Below are positions 30,181 through 38,686 of a stretch of DNA of 64,000 bases, piece by piece (position 1 is the first letter of the stretch; the number at the start of each line of letters is the position of its first letter). The stretch covers positions 20,587 through 84,586 of the forward strand of contig CAZUFK010000001.1 of assembly GCA_964619695.1 (NCBI GenBank), given 5' to 3'. This DNA comes from an uncultured Candidatus Bathyarchaeia archaeon (lineage in GTDB: Archaea > Thermoproteota > Bathyarchaeia > Bathyarchaeales > Bathycorpusculaceae). Below the pieces are notes generated by a model. That model saw nothing but the letters and a program-made list of their open reading frames with translations. It had not been told where the DNA came from and did not search any database. The position numbers and the translations under genes were made by a program.

Positions 30181-31074
30181 ATGATTTTTGACATAAAGAA
30201 GTATGCTATTCACGATGGGCCGGGAATCCGTACGACGGTGTTTTTCAAAGGATGCCCTTTGCACTGCTGGTGGTGTCACAACCCGGAGGGCCAAGACTCG
30301 GAGCCTGAGCTAGTTTACAGAAGGAGCAGATGTACAGGTTGTGGCGAATGCACAAAGAACTGCCCACGACAAGCAATATCTCTACGGGCCAGGCACATAT
30401 CCATAAACAGAAAGAACTGTGTCACGTGTGGCAATTGCTCGCAGGCATGTCCATCTGATGTTCTTTCAATCGCCGGAAGACGGACGAGCGTGAAGGAGAT
30501 TCTGGAGGAAATAGAGAAGGACAGGGTTTTCTACGACGAATCAGAGGGAGGAGTCACGTTTTCAGGAGGAGAACCGTTTTCGCAACCTGACTTCCTGAAC
30601 GCTCTTCTAACCGAATGCAAAGAGAGAGGCATCCACACAACCATGGACACCTGCGGATCTGCACCGTATGAGGTCATCGACAGAATGCGCGACAAGGTGG
30701 ACCTCTTCTTGTATGACATCAAAACGATGGACAACAGAAAGCATAAGATGTACACTGGCGCCTCGAATGAAGAAATTCTCAAGAATCTCAGGAGACTTGC
30801 AAAGGACAGCAGCATTGTGATCAGCTTTCCGATCATACCTGAAGTAAACGATGATGACAAGAACGTTGCGGAGACAGCCAAGTTCATAAGCTCTCTGCCC
30901 AACATAAGGCAGGTAAACCTTCTTCCTTATCATCGAGCTGGAATTGAAAAATACAGGAGCCTGGGCAAGCCTTACAAGCTGAGCAGAATCCAGCCTCCTT
31001 CAGATCAGAAGATAGAGGCAATAAAGAAGAAAATAGAGGCATTCGGAATAAAGGTAGGAATAGGAGGAGGATGA
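30181..31074 (+). CDS. Glycyl-radical enzyme activating protein (radical SAM with extra ferredoxin-like Cys clusters)
   Basis: CPLHCWWCHNPEG radical-SAM site; additional CTGCGEC..C and CVTCGNC..C clusters. Confidence 0.85.
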   Translation: MIFDIKKYAIHDGPGIRTTVFFKGCPLHCWWCHNPEGQDSEPELVYRRSRCTGCGECTKNCPRQAISLRARHISINRKNCVTCGNCSQACPSDVLSIAGRRTSVKEILEEIEKDRVFYDESEGGVTFSGGEPFSQPDFLNALLTECKERGIHTTMDTCGSAPYEVIDRMRDKVDLFLYDIKTMDNRKHKMYTGASNEEILKNLRRLAKDSSIVISFPIIPEVNDDDKNVAETAKFISSLPNIRQVNLLPYHRAGIEKYRSLGKPYKLSRIQPPSDQKIEAIKKKIEAFGIKVGIGGG

Positions 31075-31075
31075 T

Positions 31076-33436
31076 GTGCGAGAAAGAATCAGAAAGCTGA
31101 GAAAGCAAAGCCTGACCGCCAAACCGTATGTTTCTCCTGAAAGGGCGATTCTCATAACGGAATTCTACGAAAGCGAGATTGCTAACAGAGCGTCTACTCC
31201 CGTGAAAAGGGCACTTGCATTCAAACACCTGCTCCAGAACAAGAAAATTTGCATCAACGACGGAGAAATGATCGTTGGCGAAAGAGGTTCAGCGCCGAAG
31301 GAGACACCAACATACCCTGAAATATGTTGCCACACCCTCGCAGACCTCGACATCCTCAACTCCAGAAAGAAAATTCCCTACGCCATAAGTGAGACAACGA
31401 AGAAAACATACAAGAAGAAGATCATCCCCTTCTGGAAAGGCAAGTCAATAAGAGACATCATATTCCGCCAAATGCCTGACGAATGGAAAGCAGCCTACGA
31501 ATCAGGCGTGTTCACCGAATTCCTAGAACAAAGAGCCCCGGGACACACTGTTCTAGACGACAAGATCTACAGGAAAGGCCTAGTTGACTTCAAAGAAGAC
31601 ATAATCAGAAGCATGCAGAACCTCGACCTCAAGAAAGGTGCGGACGCGCATAAGAGGGAAGAACTCAAGGCGATGGAAATCGCCGCCGACGCCCTGACCC
31701 TCTACGCTAAACGACATGCCGACCTAGCCAGAAAACTGGCAAAGAAGGAAAGAAACGCCAAGCGCCAAAAAGAGCTGAAAAAGATAGCGAGCGCGTGCAC
31801 GCACGTTCCGGCCCATGCACCTAGAGACTTCTGGGAAGCTCTACAATGCTATTGGTTCATCCACCTTGGAGTCATAACAGAACTTAATCCGTGGGATGCA
31901 TTCAACCCGGGCAGGCTTGACCAGCACCTCTACCCCTTCTATGAAAAAGACCTCAAAGACGGAGTCCTGACGAAAGAGAAGGCAAGAGAGCTTCTTCAAG
32001 CGTTCTGGATAAAGTTCAACAATCAGCCTGCGCCGCCCAAAGTGGGAGTCACTGCAGAAGAGAGCTGCACATACACAGACTTTGCCCTAATAAACACGGG
32101 CGGAGTCAAAGCCGACGGATCAGACGCGGTAAATGAACTCTCATACTTGATACTTGACGTTGTAGAGGAAATGAGGCTTACACAGCCTAGCTCTATGGTT
32201 CAAATCAGCAAGAAAACACCAGACATATTCCTGAAAAGAGCAGTGGAAATCATAAAAACAGGCTTCGGACAGCCATCAGTCTTCAACACAGACGAAATAA
32301 TCCAAGAATTGCTGAGGCAGGGAAAACGCATCGAAGACGCCAGAAACGGAGGATCAAGTGGGTGCGTGGAGACAGGCGCCTTCGGCAAAGAATGCTACAT
32401 TCTCACAGGATACTTCAACATACCCAAAATCCTAGAAATAGCCCTGAACAATGGCCTAGACCCAAGAACGGGAAAGAGAATCGGACTGGCCACAGGAGAC
32501 CCGGCTGAGTTCGGCTCTTTCGACGAATTGTTTGAGGCCTTCAAGAAGCAGCTCAGTCACTTTGTCGATATCAAGATCAATGGAAACACCATCATAGAAG
32601 AACTCTACGCTGAGCATCTGCCAACACCGTTTCTGTCCCTTCTCATTGACGACTGCATCGCCAAAGGGAAAGACTACAACGAAGGAGGAGCACGGTACAA
32701 CACCAGCTACATTCAAGGTGTCGGGCTTGGAACAGTGACCGACTCCTTAACAGCCATAAAATACAACGTCTTCGACAAGAAACACGCCACTCTGAAGGAA
32801 CTGCTTCGCGCATTGAAAACAGACTATAAGAACCACGAGAACCTTCGCCAGAGACTTCTGAACAAGACTCCAAAATACGGAAACGACGACGAATACGCTG
32901 ATCAGATTATGAAAGCTATTTTTGACGCTTACTTCAGCTCGATCGACGGAAGACCTAACGCGAAGGGAGGACACTATAGGATCAACCTGTTGCCGACAAC
33001 TGTCCACATCTACTTCGGAAAGGCAGTCGGAGCCACGCCTGACGGGAGAAACGCAGGTGAGCCCCTATCCGAAGGAGTGTCACCCGTACAGGGGGCAGAT
33101 CGCAAAGGGCCCACCGCCGTGATAAAATCCGTCGGAAAAATCGACCACGTCAAAACCGGCGGAACCCTCCTCAACCAGAAATTCACACCCCAACTTCTTG
33201 CTGACGAAACAGGACAAAACAAACTGGCCCAGCTAATACGAACCTATTTCAAGCTGGACGGCCACCACATCCAATTCAACGTGATAAACTCAGGCATGCT
33301 ACGCGACGCCCAAAAACATCCTGAAAAATACAGAGACCTCATAGTAAGAGTAGCAGGATACAGCGACTATTTCGTCGACCTAGGTGCGGAGTTGCAAAAC
33401 GAGATAATAAAGAGGACAGAACAGAAAAACTTCTAA
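31076..33436 (+). CDS. Glycyl-radical enzyme of the PFL2 / dehydratase (Cys-x-Glu) class
   Basis: Glycine-radical motif RVAGYSDYF near the C-terminus; active-site ..SGCVETGAFG.. with a single Cys plus Glu; 786 aa. Confidence 0.85.
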   Translation: MRERIRKLRKQSLTAKPYVSPERAILITEFYESEIANRASTPVKRALAFKHLLQNKKICINDGEMIVGERGSAPKETPTYPEICCHTLADLDILNSRKKIPYAISETTKKTYKKKIIPFWKGKSIRDIIFRQMPDEWKAAYESGVFTEFLEQRAPGHTVLDDKIYRKGLVDFKEDIIRSMQNLDLKKGADAHKREELKAMEIAADALTLYAKRHADLARKLAKKERNAKRQKELKKIASACTHVPAHAPRDFWEALQCYWFIHLGVITELNPWDAFNPGRLDQHLYPFYEKDLKDGVLTKEKARELLQAFWIKFNNQPAPPKVGVTAEESCTYTDFALINTGGVKADGSDAVNELSYLILDVVEEMRLTQPSSMVQISKKTPDIFLKRAVEIIKTGFGQPSVFNTDEIIQELLRQGKRIEDARNGGSSGCVETGAFGKECYILTGYFNIPKILEIALNNGLDPRTGKRIGLATGDPAEFGSFDELFEAFKKQLSHFVDIKINGNTIIEELYAEHLPTPFLSLLIDDCIAKGKDYNEGGARYNTSYIQGVGLGTVTDSLTAIKYNVFDKKHATLKELLRALKTDYKNHENLRQRLLNKTPKYGNDDEYADQIMKAIFDAYFSSIDGRPNAKGGHYRINLLPTTVHIYFGKAVGATPDGRNAGEPLSEGVSPVQGADRKGPTAVIKSVGKIDHVKTGGTLLNQKFTPQLLADETGQNKLAQLIRTYFKLDGHHIQFNVINSGMLRDAQKHPEKYRDLIVRVAGYSDYFVDLGAELQNEIIKRTEQKNF

Positions 33437-33465
33437 ACCAAATGCCACGCCAGAAAGGTCCCTGA

Positions 33466-33508
33466 GAAGATGATGATCAACAAGATTGCTGTTCTTATCA
33501 TCTTTTCG
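33466..33508 (+). terminator. Hairpin plus T-tract downstream of the glycyl-radical enzyme gene
   Basis: AAGATGAT..(22-nt loop)..ATCATCTT followed by TTCG; weak. Confidence 0.2.
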
Positions 33509-33548
33509 TCTGCCCAAAAAGCGTCTTGTCATACTGAAAGAAAACTCT

Positions 33549-33583
33549 GGTGGGGCCGTTAGGATTTGAACCCGAGGTCAATA
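33549..33583 (-). other. tRNA-like 3' fragment (T-arm + acceptor 3' strand + CCA) without a matching 5' half
   Basis: Minus strand reads ..CUCGGGUUCAAAUCCUAACGGCCCCACCA. It has a canonical UUCAAAU T-loop and encoded CCA, but no acceptor 5' strand is found upstream. Confidence 0.35.
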
Positions 33584-33635
33584 GAGATGCCTCGCGCAAG
33601 CCCTCTCTTTTGTGTTGTCAAGATTGTGTGCTGGT

Positions 33636-34338
33636 CTAGCCTAGTATGACGTCGATTAGCAGGGCGAATATTATTCCCAGCAGTAGGCCGACGGAGACGG
33701 TGTGCTTGAACCCGTACTCGTGGGCCACGGGTATCAGTTCGTCTGCCGTTATGTAAGTCATTACCCCCGCCGCGAAAACAAGTGAATACCCTATCACGGT
33801 CCTCGTGCCAAAGGCGGAAAGGACGACGGCGCCAATCAAGGCTGCGATGGGTTCAGCTAGGCCCGAGAGAAGTGTGATGACGGCTATCTTTGAGGGTTTT
33901 GTACCGGCTTCTGTGAAGGGGATAGCGGTGGCAATGCCTTCCGGTATGTTGTGAAGCATTATCGCGATAGCGATCACCAGGCCTAGGCTCGGATTGTAGG
34001 TGTAGCCTGCGGCAACCACAAATCCCTCAGGCAAGTTATGTCTTGCCGTTTTCCTTTCTCCTCGTCAGTTCAATATGAGGTATAGTTAGGTCCAGGACGA
34101 TCATTACGACGGCGCCTAGGGAGAACACGGCTATTAGCTCAATGTGTGTGAGGAATTTCTCGGCCTCGAGGAAGAGGCTGTTGAACGCTACCATGAGCAT
34201 AACGCCTGAGGCGAATCCCATGGAGAAACTCACGACTCTGTCGCTAACCTTTCTCAGCATGAGGACGATTATCCCGCCAAGCCCTGTGGCCATTCCCGCA
34301 AGCAGGCTTAAAAGAAACGGATCAAACACTGAACTCAT
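33636..34338 (-). pseudogene. ZIP-family metal transporter disrupted into two ORFs
   Basis: 34036-34338 encodes the N-terminal TM helices and ends ..HIELTRRKENGKT-stop. 33636-34034 begins in another frame with HNLPEG..LHNIPEG (both ZIP signature motifs). At the junction the frame shifts and the helix preceding the first HNxPEG is missing. Confidence 0.6.
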
Positions 34339-34412
34339 GTCACACGCACCCTAGTTCTCATTGCCAGACCTCGGATACGTCTGCAAAAAAGGGTGGATAT
34401 GGAAAAGAGGGA

Positions 34413-34694
34413 TTACTTCGTTTCTTTCTTCAGTTGTGTTGGTTCGCCGAATCTTTTGAACTTCTCCAGAACGGCTCTGCATGTGTCCATAACTCGTACC
34501 GCGTCTTGTGGATATATTTTTGGGTCGCGGGACGTGTCGATTAGCTTCATTAGCTCGAACACGCTGAAGGTCACTTCTTCTATGACTCTTTCAAGGTTTC
34601 TTGCGCCGGAGGTTCTTGCAAACTCTCTAAGCAAGTCTACGGCTATTGGGCTCATTTCGCTCAGATCTACGGTCTTTTCATCAGTAGCGCTCAT
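34413..34694 (-). CDS. Small hypothetical protein (93 aa) co-transcribed downstream of the flotillin gene
   Basis: 6-nt gap to the flotillin gene; helical, acidic. Confidence 0.45.
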   Translation of the reverse strand: MSATDEKTVDLSEMSPIAVDLLREFARTSGARNLERVIEEVTFSVFELMKLIDTSRDPKIYPQDAVRVMDTCRAVLEKFKRFGEPTQLKKETK

Positions 34695-34700
34695 TTGTCA

Positions 34701-36089
34701 TCACTTACCCTTCTGAGGCTGGGACTTCTCTTTTTGCTTTTCGCCTTCTTTCACGACTTCGACTCCCATTTTTGCGGCGATGGCCAGCTTTGCGGTTTCT
34801 GACAGCGGAAGCTTGCTGAGAAGATTAGATATGTCTACGCCTTGGTTTTGCAGAGCTACAAGCATTGCTCCCAAGTCTGCTCCCATTTCCGCGCTGATCG
34901 GGATGCCGAGAATACTGCTCTCACCGCTGGTTACCAGGTTTATCTTGGCTACTTTTAGTCCTTCTGCTAACGCGGAGAATTGGGCCTTCTTGATTTCTAT
35001 CTGTGCCTTAATCATTTCAAGAGACAGACCGGCGTCTGTGTATTGTTTCAGTGCAACGGCCTTCTTCTCTGTTCCTTCTGCTTCGGCGAAGGCTTTCTGT
35101 TTCGTGACGTCTGCTTCTGCGAATCCAGTCATCTTAGTGACTTCTGCGGTGGCTCCACCTTTCCTCTTTGTGGCTTCCGCCTCTCCTTCTGCGTCAACTA
35201 TTTTGGCTTCTTTTGCAACTTGAGCGGTTCCCACGGTTAAGGCTCTGGTTGCTTCAACCTTGTCTTTGTTGGCCTCCAATTCCGCTTTTGCCACCATTTG
35301 ATCAGACAACTTCTGCCTTTCACCGATTTTCTGATCTTTCTCTATCTGGCGTGACCTATACTCTTCTTCGCTCTGTGCCTTCTGCAACTCCTTATCCTTG
35401 TTCGTAACTGCTTCCACAACTGAGGCGTCTTTTTCGTATTCGGCCACTTGCTTTCTGGTCTCAGCTTCTATGACTTTCGCCTGTCTCTTCTCCAGATCCT
35501 TGATTATCGTATAGCTTTCTATGTCTTTGAAGTGGATTACCTCAAGGTCGATTAGCTTCAGACCCCATCCGTCCAGTTCCTCGTTCACCTTGTTTTCTAC
35601 TGTTTGTGAAAACTGGTCTCTCTGCATCATTATGGCGAACACGTCCATGGCCATGGATGCGTTTCTGGTTATTGCCTCGATGAGGTCTTTGACGTCTTTC
35701 TCAATTGCCGGAAAGCCGATTCCTGTTTCTCCGTGCTCTACTTCTCCCAGCCTCTCGGCAGCCAGGACTGGGTCAGAAATGTTTAGATAGCATCGAACGT
35801 CGCCTGAGAACTTAGCCATGTCCTTGTCTCGCAGGGGAATGTCGTTGATCTGGATTTGAATGTTTTCCAATGGCAGTATGGCTCGTCGCTGGATGACTGG
35901 AACGTGCCAGTACGCGCTCCTGACCACGCCTTCTCTGGAGCAGAAGAGCTTCTTGCCTTTGCCTCTGAACACGACAACGTGAGCCTCGTGCGGCGGAACC
36001 ACCGTGTAGCTCTTGGCAACGATGATTATTACCAACACTACAACGAGCGTGATTATTGTAGCCAGAAATAGTGGATCAGTCAAGATCAT
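34701..36089 (-). CDS. SPFH/Band-7 flotillin-like protein
   Basis: N-terminal TM anchor, SPFH domain, long Ala/Glu/Lys-rich coiled coil (flotillin/YqiK-like). Confidence 0.85.
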   Translation of the reverse strand: MILTDPLFLATIITLVVVLVIIIVAKSYTVVPPHEAHVVVFRGKGKKLFCSREGVVRSAYWHVPVIQRRAILPLENIQIQINDIPLRDKDMAKFSGDVRCYLNISDPVLAAERLGEVEHGETGIGFPAIEKDVKDLIEAITRNASMAMDVFAIMMQRDQFSQTVENKVNEELDGWGLKLIDLEVIHFKDIESYTIIKDLEKRQAKVIEAETRKQVAEYEKDASVVEAVTNKDKELQKAQSEEEYRSRQIEKDQKIGERQKLSDQMVAKAELEANKDKVEATRALTVGTAQVAKEAKIVDAEGEAEATKRKGGATAEVTKMTGFAEADVTKQKAFAEAEGTEKKAVALKQYTDAGLSLEMIKAQIEIKKAQFSALAEGLKVAKINLVTSGESSILGIPISAEMGADLGAMLVALQNQGVDISNLLSKLPLSETAKLAIAAKMGVEVVKEGEKQKEKSQPQKGK

Positions 36090-36294
36090 TGTTTTTTCCG
36101 TTCTCCTTTCTGTTTCTTCTTTCTATGGTCTGATTTGCCCCATGAGTATTTAAACATGCCTATTGTAAAAAAGTTGAGACACTCTGTCAGTCTTTCAAGA
36201 TGCACCACGAGCAAGTTTCTCATGCATCGTCCACGCTAGTTCTTAGAGGATGTGATGCATGCACTAGTGTGCCCATTCATCTCTGGGATTGCCG

Positions 36295-36849
36295 CTAGGG
36301 TTTGGAGGCATTGATCAGATCGCTTGTTATCTCGTATTTTTCGTCGCAGGCGTCCAGAAGCTCATCGTGAACGTACATCGGCGGCGTGCTTGAGTAGTAT
36401 AGGATGGTGACTATTCCTTCTTCTTTTGCGATCTTGACGGCTGGGACGAAATCGCTGTCGCCTGTGACCAGTATGGCTTTGTCGATGATTCCTTTACAGG
36501 AGAGCTTGACAAAATCAACGGACAGGTACACATCCACGTGCTTCTGTTTGAATTCGCCGCCTATCCTTTGAAGTCTTCCCAGCCTGATTTCGAATCTCGG
36601 TGATTTCTTCAGGTAGACTATGAACTTGTCGAATTTGGCGGTTCTTTGGCTTTCAATCGTCGTAGGAGGGTTGCTCTGGTAGGGAGGACAGTTGTAGTAG
36701 TAGGTCCTGACTCTCTGGCAATCGGCTTTCTGGCATAATACGTCTGTGAATTTCTCGTAGCTGAAGGGTGGTCGGTGGAATACGTTCTCAAGCACCTTGT
36801 TGACATAGGCGCCATCAAGGAAAACAACCGCTTTATTCATGTATTGCAC
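36295..36849 (-). CDS. NYN-domain protein (LabA/DUF88-like putative RNase)
   Basis: ..AVVFLDGAYVN.. and ..AILVTGDSDFVPAVKIAKEEG.. are NYN/PIN-like acidic motifs. Confidence 0.7.
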   Translation of the reverse strand: MQYMNKAVVFLDGAYVNKVLENVFHRPPFSYEKFTDVLCQKADCQRVRTYYYNCPPYQSNPPTTIESQRTAKFDKFIVYLKKSPRFEIRLGRLQRIGGEFKQKHVDVYLSVDFVKLSCKGIIDKAILVTGDSDFVPAVKIAKEEGIVTILYYSSTPPMYVHDELLDACDEKYEITSDLINASKP

Positions 36850-37172
36850 TTTGAGAAGAATACGAATAAAAGCCTATCGTCCTCAACGAACGACAGTGAG
36901 TATAAACAATAATAGTAGAACAAGACAAGCCAGATTTAAAGCTTGTTACCAGCAAATCCATGCGCGCGCTTCAAGGTTGGAAGCCGCACTCAGGGAACTC
37001 GAACCCGTGACTACAGCATGTGAGCAGAAATCACCAACTGTGCGCCTGTTCTTTCCTGCAGGAATCATGACTAGAGCGCGAATCATTCGTACAGTCCTAA
37101 AACCTGTCCAGTAGACTTTGCTCTCTATTGCTGTGCTTGAGAGGTTTTCGTCATCTTGATATTTTCATCTTT

Positions 37173-37862
37173 CTATGCAGTCAGTGGGTAGACTTGTTTT
37201 GCTGTGTATTCTAGGTATTTCTCTTTCTCTGTTTCTGGCAAGTTGAATACAGTGACTGAGGCGTCTCGCGTTATGCCTACGACGTAGCCGTACTCCTTGC
37301 TCCGGGCTACGACGTACCAGAGGTCGCCGTGCTTGCCGTAATCCTCAAACAGCGATGTGTTCGCTAGGTCAGGCCCGTAAAGCGACAGCTTGTTCACGTT
37401 CGGAATGTCTACGTTGTCGAAGAAGGTTATCTTCGTGTCCTCGGCGTTCTTCAGGTGAAACATCCTAAGCGACTCAGGCGAGATCCGCGCCTCCAGAATA
37501 TTGCCAGCCTTCTCGAACAGAATCTCGCTCAGCTTGTTAGCCACAAAATTCGCAAGCCGCTTCTTCTCAACAACCGTCAGGAACACGGCTCCTTCGTGCG
37601 GCGTGAAGCTGAACAGCGCCTCAATCGTCCGCGGTTGAGGAAACACCTTACCTCTATGAAAGACCTGCGTGACGAGGTCGTGCGAATACACGCCCCGCAC
37701 CGTGTTGGCCTTCGCTACGAGTCCCGCAACCTCCGTGACAAGCTCGAACTTGTAATCGCCCTCCTCGTAGGGCTCCTCGACGTGATAGCCCTTCAAAGCC
37801 GAAGCAATCTCGCTCAGCTCCATCGCCTCAGCAAGCCTAAACACCTTACCAGCGACCACCAT
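37173..37862 (-). CDS. Hypothetical protein (229 aa)
   Basis: Clean ORF; no motif recognised. Confidence 0.45.
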   Translation of the reverse strand: MVVAGKVFRLAEAMELSEIASALKGYHVEEPYEEGDYKFELVTEVAGLVAKANTVRGVYSHDLVTQVFHRGKVFPQPRTIEALFSFTPHEGAVFLTVVEKKRLANFVANKLSEILFEKAGNILEARISPESLRMFHLKNAEDTKITFFDNVDIPNVNKLSLYGPDLANTSLFEDYGKHGDLWYVVARSKEYGYVVGITRDASVTVFNLPETEKEKYLEYTAKQVYPLTA

Positions 37863-38142
37863 GACACATCACACACCCTCAGAAGCTGACAACCTAGCTT
37901 AAGAAATTTTGCCCAAAACAGCCTTCAAATCGTTCTATTTGGAGTCTACGGATACCAGTCGACCCACAACTGGTACGGTTGGGATGTTGACCTAGCCACA
38001 AACTACTGCGCACCACAAATCATACCCCTCCTCGCTGACATATACAGGATGGTATGGGCATCAGACATCCTCTGGATTTCCGCAGGCATACTATTCTTGA
38101 CTTCGCCAATACTCAAGATCGTGCTTCACACTAAACGGAATA

Positions 38143-38562
38143 TCAAAGCCCCTGCGTGAGGTCACGTTCTCTCTTCCTCTCGGCGGTCTCTTTGTCCTTT
38201 TTGGCAATGTCCTTGATCATCCTGTTCCACTGCGGGTCGTTCTGCCACAGCGATGCCCCATCTCTCACGGCCTGCTCGTGAGCTTCATCCCTGCCCAGTC
38301 CGTCAGCCCTGTAGGATGTCTCCCTCAGCTCATGGAACAGGATGAACTTCTCGTAAGGCCTCCAAAGCTCAGAAATCCATATCTCGCCAAGCGGCACCCC
38401 AAGCACTTTCGCCGCATTAGTCGTCACGTGCTTGCCTCGGCACGTCACGTTATACGTCGCATTGTAATCCTCTATGACGCTGTGAGGCACGTAGACTATC
38501 CTATAGCCTTCTCCCGCCAGCGTGTCCATCGTCTCCTCATACATGCCTTTTGAGCGTTTCAT
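38143..38562 (-). CDS. Hypothetical protein (139 aa)
   Basis: Clean ORF; ..ILFHELRETSY..H.. could be a metal-binding motif (speculative). Confidence 0.4.
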   Translation of the reverse strand: MKRSKGMYEETMDTLAGEGYRIVYVPHSVIEDYNATYNVTCRGKHVTTNAAKVLGVPLGEIWISELWRPYEKFILFHELRETSYRADGLGRDEAHEQAVRDGASLWQNDPQWNRMIKDIAKKDKETAERKRERDLTQGL

Positions 38563-38686
38563 GTAATCACCACCATCGATTCCGATGGCTGAAACTGCAC
38601 TTTTTAGGCATAAACCTTGCCTAAGCGCTTTAATAAGAGTCTTTCAACCTCATATTACTACCTGAAACAATGAGGATACGCGCCAA

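Noticed and set aside
33541-33640. Attempt to fold a complete tRNA (minus strand) around the UUCAAAU T-loop
   Set aside because: No acceptor 5' strand complementary to CGGCCCC and no D or anticodon arm could be built. It is reported only as a tRNA-like 3' fragment.
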